64,000 bases of DNA from Amphiscolops sp. MND2022 (lineage: Eukaryota). The translations under genes and the position numbers were made by a program. The stretch spans positions 94,676,001-94,740,000 of the forward strand of contig OZ076409.1 of the NCBI GenBank assembly GCA_964187785.1. The letters are read 5' to 3'. Of this stretch, positions 53,201 through 64,000 are shown piece after piece (position 1 is the stretch's first letter; each line of letters starts with the position of its first letter). The notes beneath the pieces were generated by a model. It had not been told where the DNA came from. It did no database searches and saw only the letters and a list, made by a program, of their open reading frames with translations.

Positions 53201-56200
53201 TTTAACGCTTAAATGCGCTAGGTCTTTTTTAGAACTTTTATGATAACTTTGACTAGATTGAAAAAAAAGACCGAAAAGCCACTATAATAAAGTGCCGACT
53301 AAAAGTCAAGACTTTTAAGTCTGGCAGCTAGTTTAATTGGACATCACTGCCAACCTGGGAAGGAATTGTGATTTTCCGGACCCCCAGCGGGCAAAAACGC
53401 CCAGCGTGATTGGGAGAGAAAGCATGGGCTCGCTGAAGAAATTGGCCAGGGCTGCTGAGTAGAGGTGGTAGCCTGCAAACAGTGTTAGCAACTATAACTA
53501 TGACACTATAACTTATGTTGCGGTAACTATTTCTACCTATACTATTATGGCGGGGTACGGAAAAATCACAAGAAAACTCAACACAGAAAATTCAACACAT
53601 TCATTTAATTTTAGTTAACACCTCATTTGAGTTTAATTTCCGAAATCTAACTAATTGTTAAACCCGTCTAATTTATAAATTTAATACACCTATAATATAA
53701 ACAATGAACGAATAGAATTCTATCATAGCTTTAAATTTTGATAATTCTTTCTGAAAAACATCATTTTGTCGTTAGGGGGAAAACCAAAACATTTTAGTGA
53801 ATTCGAAACATTTTATCTTCGACTCATCAAGAGATAATCATCAAGAGACCAGAAATAATTATGTAACTAATAATTAGCCAAAATTAGTTCAGGTTGAAAC
53901 AGCGGATATTTGAAATTGCAAAAGGCCGAAATTGCATAGAATGAAATGTCCAGACACAATAGTCAAACTCGTGCACATACTTCTCTTGATGTGCTAAATA
54001 TTGTATGAAAATTGGGTTCTTTTCTGTTTTCCCCCTTACCAACAATTTTTTTTGAACAATTAGTGCAAATAAAAGAAAACGCCCGCTAAGAAATGAGATT
54101 TTTTCTGCCACACTCGTATTGCAAAAAAAGTATGGCGAAGGCGACGTACTGCCTGAGAAAGCATAAAACAATTTCAGGCTCCAGCCCGGGTTCCAACCCA
54201 CCACCTACTGACTGGCAGGCGGACGCTCTACCATCTGGGCCACCGTGACTAAATTGAATGGATTATATCACCAAGTGGATTTTTGGCAGAGTTTGGGAAA
54301 AAACGCAACACAGATAGTAATTTTACACAATCAATTTGCGAGGGCGAAAAATAATAAAAAGAATTGAAACTAAACCAGAAACCTTCAAAGTTGAATGTAT
54401 GTCCAGGTTGATATTTTAGGATCCCGATATACTTTTTCTCCTTTTGAAGCCACGCATTTTTGATCAAGAAATCCTGATTTATATAATTACTTTAGGTAGT
54501 TTTCATTTTCATACATTTCTAAATTCAAAGGTCCTAATTTTTACGCCAGTTTTGATACGTTTTGGCTCCTTCATGAACAATTACCATTAATTAAGACTGT
54601 TTGGTTCATTACTAACTATCGTACTGAAATGATAACTCAACCGAATTCGGACTCAATAGCCATAGTTAGATTGGGTCGAAATGGTGGAAAGTTGAAAATG
54701 CAATAGTTTGAAAATTTGAGCGGTTGAAATTGCATAGGACGAAATGTCATGTAACCCTCAAATATACTACCCCTTAAAAACATACGAATCAAACGAATTA
54801 ACCGAAGTTTACGGTACCTAGACGGGTGGCCGTCCTCACGCGGCTAGCAAGTGTGTGCGTTGATGACGACAAATGTCTTGAAAGTTTTCCATGGTTTAAA
54901 ATAGGTATTCAGTTCTAGATCACTTAGTAGCAACTACAACTTCAATTCCACCTACTTCTTATTACAGAAGCCAAAGCAAAGACTCATGGAAGTTTGTGAA
55001 ACTGGAAACAATTTTGTGTTTTCTTCGTTTTGGCAGTGACGTACGGCGACAACTCATATCAAGCGACAACTCATATCAGGCGACAATTCATATCAATTTG
55101 AAAAAGCGACAACTCATATCAAGCGATAACTTATATCAATCAAAACTCATACCCGAAAATTTATTCCATATAATTCATGAGAGAAAATTGAGATAATTGA
55201 TAAGTAATTATTGGAAATTATAAAATAGTAACAAAATTTGATGGTGAATACAAATGTAACTTTGGAATTTCTGATTGCAGTTAATTATAAGCTGTTCTTA
55301 AGGTAAAATTTAGGTATTTGTAGCTTATTGGCAAACTTGATATGCGTTGTCGCTTCTTCCTAATTGATATGAGTTGTCGCTATGCCGGCAGTGACATACT
55401 ACTGTACCTAGAAGTTTGTGACTTTCATCCTCGTCCGGGAGAAATCTCCTGGCCCCGAACACCTGGTTCAACACCCGGTTGTTGTTGTTGGCAGAGTCCA
55501 TGTTGTAGGGAGTCTCCCCGAACTTGTTGGCCATGTACAGAATCCTGCCATGCTTGGGGTTGCTGAGAAGCAACTCGGTTATTGCACCAACTGCATTCAG
55601 TACGCATCATGTTTCTCACCAAAAGAGGCACTTCAATTTCACAACGACATGCAACGTACATCGCATTCTTTGGATGGAAAAAATTCAAGGTCCACGGATA
55701 CTAGACTAAGTTTTCCAAATTTTTTGAACATTTCATCGAATTGTTCTGTAATTCTGAAAGATAAATTCTTCTGACTTTTGAAAAAAATGAAGTATTCTTT
55801 TCACTTTAAAGAGACATAATTCTTCGCAAAAAAAGGTTTTTCGTAGTCTTTATGGGGAAAGCTGAAGCTCACTGAAACGCAATTAGTGCTTTTTTAGTGA
55901 AAGGTAAGTTGAACATTTCGGCAATTCCGTGGATTCATGAGAATATGATTCTTCGAGTTGAGGGTTCATAAAGGATATCTATCAATTGAAAAAAGGTACT
56001 TTTTGAAATCTTTTGTGAGCTATCATCATATAACTCTGCAAAAAACGCGGAAAAATCGTTATGAGAACGTGCAAAATGTACAAAATCTACGTTCGTTCCC
56101 GTTTAAGTTTAACAATTACTTGTACTTCAACAGATGAGCTTCTAATTCAAGTTGGTAGAAACATGATGCCTTTGTTTCTGACAGCGATGTGAACAGCTGT

Positions 56201-59200
56201 ATTGCCCTGCAAGTCGGTATCGAAGACATTAGCGCCATGTTCTAGCAACAGTTCCACGATCTTCGTGTTTGACTTTCGCGTCGCCTTCAGGAGACACGTG
56301 TCTGCGTCGTCAACTCGGATATTCACCTGAAGTGACGTCATTCAACGTTGCAACGCAAACGAAACATCTGATTGGCTACGAAGTGATTTCATGTCAACCT
56401 CTAGCAGCTGTTCAGATTTCATTCAGGGTTTTGTAAGATAATCTTTCAGACATTTTTAGTCGGCGCTTCATGAAGTGAAACGCGACTATTATAGTGACTT
56501 TTTTTCAATCCACACGAACTGACCATTTCATGCCGAATGCCAAAATTGTGGTATATTTACAAATTGCCAAATTAGTCAAAACTTTGGCACAAAGAACTGA
56601 AATATAAAAGTTGTTCCTTTTTTTTCCGCGTAACATACAATACGGGGCGAAACCAAAGGGTCAACTTTCAGGCTTTTTGGCGAAAATTTTTTAGTAACTC
56701 CAAAGGGTCCCTCCTTCAATTTTCTGATGTTTTGCGACAGAAATGTTGAAAAATCCCAAAGGGCCTCTCTTTTAGCGCGCCAATTCGGTCCACTTTTTGG
56801 GTTTTTCGGGGTACTGTAAAAAATCTTGACACTTTGAAGTACTTTTGCTATGTTTGAGCCTTAGATATGGCGCCGACTTATGCCGTCGTTCCCGGCTTGT
56901 TTCAATCAAGAATACAGAAACCAATTTTGGCAATATCATTTTCCAATGTTACGCTAAAAGACTTCATCTAGATTATTTGACTTCATCAATGAACTTAATT
57001 CGTTAACATCGATACCTTTCATTTTGCTCTCGCTCGAGTTTTGTGAAGAGATAACCGGACTATGTTTCTTAGTTTTTATACGATTTTTTAGCTTGTTACA
57101 AGCGTGAATTTTAGACAAAAAAATCGAATACGGGTCATTTTTGCTGGAAGTGTCGAAACAGTTGTAAAGACAATCCTCCAAGTATTTAGATTAATGTAAT
57201 ATTCTCTTATTAGTGAAATAATCTTATTCAAGAAATGTTCTTTCGTGTTGGGGGTGGTGGGATTCGAAACAATGTTTAGGGGGGAAATGGGGATAAGAAA
57301 CATGGTCCCGAGAACCTTTTTAAAATTTAAACAAGACGGGAACGTCTAAAGTCGGCGCTATATCTAAGGCTCAAAAAAAGTTTTTAAACTTGTAAAAGGG
57401 GGGACCCTTTCAGCTTTTTCAGGGATCAGATCCATTTTCTGAAAATAAATTCCCTGATTTTTCCATGATTTCCCTGATAAAAACTAAAGTTTTCCCTGAT
57501 TTTTGAGATAAAACTATTGACATTTATATACGTGAATTAAATGTTATTCAACTTGGTTTTTAAATCCAAAATGTCGGAGTCAATTTTTGAAAGTTCAGTT
57601 CCAATTTCGGAAGCCTTTTTTTGTCGCTTAGACTGTAATTTTTTCAACTCTTCGGAAAGCGCCTTCTTCTCTAATGCACGTTTCTGCGCAACACTTCGGT
57701 TTTCCCGGTCTCTGATCTTGGCACTTTCATATCTCGAATGCGCATTTCGAGCATACTTCATCATTTCATGGCTCACTGTAATTGATGCCGGGTTGAGACC
57801 TTTTATGGAATCATACACACGGCGGAGTGCTACAAGAGATCGTTGTTGCAAGTTGAACAACGCAATCAGCAGACTCTGGCAATTTTTGTAGAAATCCAAC
57901 TTGTCCTGTTCTTGGAGCGTTTTAATTCGCTTTATAGCAGCCGATGCCCCAAACCCTATGTCGATAGAACGCATCGGCAATAGACCATTCGAAACATCAT
58001 ATGAAATTAATTTGGAACCAGTTGTCAGATTGTTGACTTCGGTTGTCTTGACAAATCTTGATAATATCGCCCGCATCATTTGAACAAGGTCTTCGTGGAG
58101 AAACACGGCAAGCGGTTTATCGGCCTGAAAAAAGCGCAAGAATGGCTCTAACTCGCATGATACTGTTCTGGAGAATTCCAATCGGGCAATAAGAATAGCA
58201 AATGAGATACCGAGCCTTGTCTGGTCCAAGTTTGAATTTGGTGGCAATTTCGCTATCCTTGAACATAACTCCAAAAAGCTCCGATAAATGGTTGCAGCTA
58301 TTGAAGCTTGCATGTCCTTGAACCATTTTTAATGCCCAACGAATTTCTGCTTCCGTCACTTGATTCAGCACCACCATTCTCTCCATGACAGACGTAACCC
58401 TCACTTGCTCCTCAGTCTCAATTGTGTTCGTCGGTCCAGCGATAGTTATCTCCGGTTGAGAAAAACTGGACGTTCCAGTCAACGATAAGCGGGAAGATGA
58501 CCGCATTGTAGAAACAATTGCAGCATGCTTCTTTCCTTCGAGGTGACTGACTAGTGCCCGCTGACCCATATTGCCAAGATTCAGATCTTTCCCACCACAA
58601 AGCTTACATCGGAACTGCGAGTCCATATTAGCGCGTTGGATCCATGATGCAAAATGGGGATACTTCGCAGCATCTTCCCATGCTTTGTTGTATTTAGTAG
58701 CCATGATCTGAAAATAAAGTAACTGATCCGTTTAGTACCTGTAAGGTTTTTATATTTGACTAAATATAATAATTACTTGAACAAGCAAAAAAATTCCAGA
58801 AACTTTAAACAAATTCCCTGATTTTTCACTGATTTCCCTGATAGAAATTTATTTCCCTGATATTTCCCTGATTTCACTGATTTCCAGTAGAATCTGAACC
58901 CTGTTTTTGAAAATCCAGTCTGTTTCAAAATATCAAAAAAATTGAAGGAGACAATAAAAAAATTCGGAAATTTTTTTGAAAAAACTTTCGAAAAAACGAA
59001 AAATGAGAATTTTGAAACAGTCTCACAGTGCCGAAAACTAGAGAGGGGGGACCCTTTGGGCATTTTGAAACTTCAGTTTGCTGCAAAATATCAAAAAACT
59101 TGAAGGGGGGACCGTTTGGCGACAAAAAAATTGAAAATTTTTTGAAAAAAAATCAAAAAAACGAAAAATGAGAATTTTGAAAGTCTCACAGTGCCGAAAA

Positions 59201-61714
59201 ACTAGAAAGGGGGGACCCTTTGGGCTTTTTGAAACTTCAGTTTGCTGCAAAATATCAAAAAACTTGAAGGGGGGACCGTTTGGCGACAAAAAAAAATTTG
59301 AAAATTTTTTGAAAAAAATTCAAAAAAACGAAAAATGAGAATTTTGAAAGTCTCACAGTGCCGAAAAACTAGAAAGGGGGGACCCTTTGGGCTTTTTGAA
59401 ACTTCAGTTTGCTGCAAAATATCAAAAAACTTGAAGGGGGGACCGTTTGGCGACAAAAAAAATTTGAAAATTTTTTGAAAAAAATTCAAAAAAACGAAAA
59501 ATGAGAATTTTGAAAGTCTCACAGTGCCGAAAAACTAGAAAGGGGGGACCCTTTGGGCTTTTTGAAACTTCAGTTTGCTGCAAAATATCAAAAAACTTGA
59601 AGGGGGGACCGTTTGGCGACAAAAGAAAATTCGAAAAAAAGTCGCACAGTGCCGAAAAAAATTCAAAGGGGGGACCCTGTAGTCCCGTCCGGTTTTGTAT
59701 CTTACGTTAAAAATTGAGTACACGAAAGGGGGGACCCTTTGCAGTAACTCAGATGTGATTCCGCTTGCCGGTTCAGTACTTTTAGTAGTTCTGTAAAAAG
59801 TGTCCACTACGCATACATTCTGTGGTCTGACGAAAAAAAAAGAAAAAAAACTTGCCACTGTAATAGTCGGGCTCATTTTGATAAAATGCGCCGACTAAAA
59901 AAAAACTTGCCACTGTAATAGTCGGGCTCATTTGATAAAATGCGCCGACTAAAAAAGGACGTGACTTCAATACTCTTGCGCAAAGCAGAGAACTGCTAAT
60001 TTTAATTGCTATCTATATGCTGACTGAAGTGAATTCGCTACATTCATTATTGTCTTGCAAAGAGTGATCCACACAATATTTCACTCGGCGAATTTCCACG
60101 CACGCTTCAGACGTTTAATGTCACCTGAGTTAGCATTTTGATAGTTTTCAATTCATTGTTCTTGAACGCTGTAGGCCTAATTGTTATTTTGGTTGTGAAT
60201 TAAATTCAACAAGCCGGGAACGGCCCAAGTCGGCGCCATATCTAAGGCTCAAAAAGACTCGAAAACCACTTTTTCTACAACTGGAGACAACAAAAGCTCT
60301 CAAAAAACTAAAAATTGAGAAAAAGATTTTCCGATTTTTTTTCGATTTTTTTGAAGTTTCCGGTAAGTCGCATAGTGCCGAAAAATGTAAAAGGGGGGAC
60401 CCTTTGGGATTTTTTGAACACCCATTCTGTTGCAAAATATCAAAAATTGATGGGGGGAACAATGAAAAAAAATCGGAAAAAATCAGAATTTTGAACAGTC
60501 TCACAGTGCCGAAAAAAGGAGGAAAGTCTCATAGTGTCGAAAAAAAGGATCCTTCTGCTTTGGAATGGGTTTTTATCTCATGTTAGAGGCTTTGAGTGCG
60601 TTGAAAATGAAGTACTAATTACAAATGGTAAAAATTGGTAAATGTGCATTAATGCACAAAAAGTGGACCGATCGCGTTGAACTGACGAAAAAAAAACTAG
60701 CCACTGTAAGAGTCGGGATTTTCTTCGAAAACGCCGACTAAAAATGATTTGAATTGATGTAATTCAAGTTTTTGAAACAACTATTTTAATTCAGTTTTTC
60801 CCTGAACACTGGGCCATAATTGCCGTTGTTGCAGACCACAATAGTTTCGCTCCGCACGGTCCCATTATTATCTAATAATCATTCTTTTCTTCGATAAAGC
60901 CTCCTTGGTCATCAATGTGACCACTTTTTGAGTCCGAAAAAAAACATGAATCCAAAGAGACCTATAGCGGGACTTGATTAAAAAAACAATTCTACAATTG
61001 CAAGTTGAATTTACACAACGAATAACGTCAAAAAATTACAAAGATGATGTTGACGGTGCATCGTGCTTAGCTGAATTTGACAAGTTTTAAGGAATCCAAC
61101 AACTTTCCGAGCCTTTGGAAGCCCGTTTGACCATCTGAAAAGAGTTACTTTATTGCTATAATCTACATAAAGAGAAAAGGTCTCTTGAAAAGACCATGTG
61201 GTGTCTCAAGACCCTGTCTTAGATAACATGATTGAGATATCCTATTTCCGCTTATAGTGTCATATTATCCTATCAGAATCCGTCAAATAGGATCACAGGG
61301 TAAAGTTTAGTTACTCAAGAGGGATCTTTTCTGTTGAAGCCACAGAGAGCGCGAAAATTTTAATCCCACAATATGACCGATGAGTTTCAGTTGCAATTGG
61401 AGTTATAAATAAAATACTGCAATTTGATTGGTTGTTACTATCATTTCAATGATAATTTCACTTGCGCGCTCAACAGAACTAACAGGGGAATTAACGGAAA
61501 AGATCCCTCAAGTGAAAGTGGGGTCTGAGTAGTACCTTGGCACCTCCTTCCTTGACTAGAATGCGAGCAATGCCAGTCTCGTTCTTCTCGATGGCCATCA
61601 TGAGCGGACACTTGCGCTCCCCACCGACAAGGTCAACGTCGGCGCCATGGTCGATCAAGAGTTGCAGCACCTCACAATGGTCGTGTTTCACTGCGTGGAT
61701 GAGGGCGGAGTCAC
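44292..61714 (-). CDS. KIDINS220: KIDINS220/ARMS (ankyrin repeats, KAP P-loop NTPase with 4 TM, SAM domain), 5'-partial; exons 61536-61714, 56170-56326, 55408-55590, 53355-53472, 52125-52279, 51008-51269, 49827-50334, 48728-49134, 47946-48374, 47012-47226, 46004-46407, 44292-45341
   Basis: Ankyrin motifs (GDSALIHAV, GNTAVHIAV); LLSNPKHGRILY..GETPYN; Walker A GVFARWGSGKS; RYLFTD..SVGGE; Walker B VFVDGLDSCEQDKVL; VHLPFY; SAM INGRVLALCDMEELK..MTFGDW. All exon phases close. Boundaries of the last three introns are less certain. Confidence 0.93.
55044..55387. mobile_element. MITE with repeated sub-terminal motif GCGACAACTCATATCAA
   Basis: GCGACAACTCATATCAA near 55046 is inverted at ~55364-55380; flanked by direct GCAGTGAC(G/A)TA. 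Confidence 0.6.
57420..58903 (-). mobile_element. Internally deleted hAT-like DNA transposon (apparent 5-bp TTTTT TSD) nested in a Helentron-like repeat
   Basis: TIRs CAGGGATCAGAT / ATCTGAACCCTG; sub-terminal TTCCCTGAT repeats; ORF pieces with an N-terminal zinc finger (CKLC..H....H) and transposase C-terminal fragments (EPFLRFFQ..P). Confidence 0.8.
59000..59660 (+). repeat. Tandem repeat of ~165 bp, 4 copies, inside a dispersed repeat
   Basis: GTC(T/G)CACAGTGCCGAAAA at 59020, 59183, 59350, 59516 and 59641. Confidence 0.9.
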
Positions 61715-64000
61715 CTGAATAGAAAATATACTGATTCAGTGAAAAAATCAACAAGACGGGAACGTCTAAAGTCGGAGCTATATGTAAGGCTCAAAAAGTG
61801 CAAAGTTTTTAAAATTGTAAAATAGGGGACCCTTCGGGCTTTTTCAAAATCCAGTTTGTTGCAAAATATCAAAAAAAATTGGAAGGACCCTTTGGAGAAA
61901 ATTAAAAAATTCGAAAAAAAAGTCTCAAAACCGAAAAGGGCGGGGAAAGTCTCATAGTGCCGAAAAAAATCGAAAGGGGGACCCTTCTGCTTTGGAATGG
62001 TTTTGTATTTCATGTTAGAGGTTTTGGATGCGTTCAAAATGAAGTACTAAGTACTTATGGTAAAGTGCATAATGCAAAAAAAGTGGCACAGGGTGAGCTC
62101 TTTGGTCTGATGAAAAAAGAACAAGCCGGGAACGGCCAAAGTCGGCGCCATATCTAAGGCTCAAAATTTAAAAGGGGGACCCTTCGGGCTTTGTGAAACT
62201 CCAGCTGGTTGCAAAAAATTTTAAAAAAATTGAAGGGGGGACCCTTTGGAGACATGAAAAAATTTCCGAAAAATTTTTTTAATGAGATTTTTGAACAGTG
62301 TCACAGTGCCGAAAAATGTAAAAGGGGGGACCCTTTGCAATTTTTTGACATCCATTGTGTTGCAAAACATCAAAAAAAATTGAAGGGGGGACCCTTTGGT
62401 GAAAAAATTTCAATCCAAAAAGTTTCAAAAAGTCGCATAGTTCCGAAAAAAAGTGGGGATCCTTAGTGTGATTTCGAGGTTGTGGACGTCTGTTTTGTTT
62501 TTTCTTTTCGTTTTGGACGCTTCTGAGGTTGGAGTTGTTGAGGTTTGAAGTTGTGGAGGTTGTTGAACAAATGAACAAAAAGTGGACCTTTCGTGTCTAA
62601 AAAAAAAACTACCCACTGTAATAGTCGGGCACATTTTCTACTAAAATGCGCCGACTAAAAACATAGCCACTGTAATAGTCGGGCACTAGAAAAGCGCCGA
62701 CAAAAAAATCGGATATTAAAATCCAACATCCAGAATTTCCTAGCAGTGATGTCAGTCTTTTCATAAATCTTATGGAGTTCTAACTATTTTTCTGAAAAAC
62801 TCAACTTGTTTTCCCAACAGTATTAGTTACTGAAGTAGTTGAAACGAATTTCGAAGAAAATTAGACCCCTTCGAAACTCAGCAAAATTTCCAAAAACTTC
62901 AACAAATGATTCATTATTTCCACATACATATATCTCGGATTTAAATAATTTGATTGAGCAGTTTCTTTTCAATTACAAACGGATGTCTCACTGAAAGCAT
63001 TCAAATCAGAGACTATAACCTTCGTTGCTTGGATAACGAGAATACCATGTCCTTGAATATAGTCAAAACAGTCATTGAACGATCAGTTGGGTCAAATTGA
63101 ATTTTAAAAAAAACTAACAGCAAAACGCGTTAATGACCGGGGAAATGTTTTCTTGACAATTGATTGCTTGCCACAAGAATTTAATGCTAGCCAAAGAACT
63201 GGCTCCTAGCTAAATTGTCCATATGGGCTCGATAGGGAGGCTTTGGTAAAATCCCCGAAAAAATTTTTAACGCCAATAATAATTTCTCAGGAATTTAGAA
63301 GATAACTTTGAAATTCACAAAACTGGTTCAAGAACTCCAATCTACAAATCATAGGCTTTCGATTAAACTTTGAAATGCCGTGTGTGGAAACATTTGTAGC
63401 AACACTTGAATCAATCTGGAGCAAGCAAGGGTGTTCAATGAATGACTGAAGAAATAATTGCAATTAAAATATTTATTAACCAATAATTTATTTTTAGTAT
63501 TCAAAATATATAATAATTTTCCACAACGCCTTTAATTCTTCTCGGACTAAAGAACATACAACTACTAAGCGTATATGAAGTTTCGAGTCAACTACAGTGT
63601 AGGACGTTGAAAATTGGCAAAACGACATTCAAATTTGTTTTCCAAAATCAGTCTGTTTTATCAGTCTTGATTCCAATTGGCTAATACCACAAATTAGACA
63701 ATCAATTTTAACAAAATAGACATTCAAAGTTAGCATACGCGACTATCATGCTACTAGAGAGGTAGAAAGATAGAAAATTCTGCTTCGCATAGCGGCACAA
63801 ACTTTCAATCTTAATTACCAGCGGTATGCGAGAAGTAGTCTGCTAAGGGATTGCTAAAAGAGAATGTCGATTTGGCAATTTTGAATGTCTATTTAGAAAT
63901 TTTAATCTTTCATCTGATTGGTTCGGGAATTTTGAATGTCGTTTTGCAAAGTTTCAGCATCTGTCACTGTACTACAGACATAGTGTAACACACATCTAAC

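Noticed and set aside
58773..60586. Repeated ORFs MSPNGPPFKFFD... and similar K/F-rich ORFs at 40-43 kb and 62 kb
   Set aside because: Chance open frames in low-complexity tandem modules of the non-coding repeat family.

Overview
Eukaryotic (animal, AT-rich, repeat-rich) genomic DNA; the species cannot be fixed from sequence alone. From left to right: (1) the 3' half of a decayed env-bearing Gypsy/Metaviridae element (1-8994). Its Pol carries a TARG1/OARD1-type macro domain between RNase H and integrase, followed by a PPT and a 3.2-kb LTR with a two-unit tandem array. (2) A 5-exon CFAP73/CCDC42-family gene on the minus strand (12129-33214). (3) A complete 13.9-kb Polinton/Maverick in intron 3 of that gene (14375-28243; ~250-bp TIRs, TACATC TSD). 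It encodes pPolB, adenain protease, major and minor capsid proteins, core protein, a PHD-fused integrase, packaging ATPase and a PLA2-like protein; the pPolB gene appears to contain three spliceosomal introns. (4) Two tandem copies of a Mia40/CHCHD4-like gene with CFC instead of CPC. (5) A 1.9-kb tandem segmental repeat. (6) The 3' 11 exons of a KIDINS220/ARMS gene on the minus strand. (7) Many MITE, Helentron-like, hAT and tRNA-derived repeats. The most striking observation concerns the host introns. Splice junctions fixed by protein homology repeatedly use non-canonical donors (GG, GC), and the first ~10-20 nt of these introns are complementary to a sequence lying 3-17 nt upstream of the 3' AG, with a different sequence in every intron. 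This suggests a class of stem-closed, structure-defined and possibly transposon-born introns. Protein identifications rest on motif recognition and remembered homologue sequences; no database search was run.
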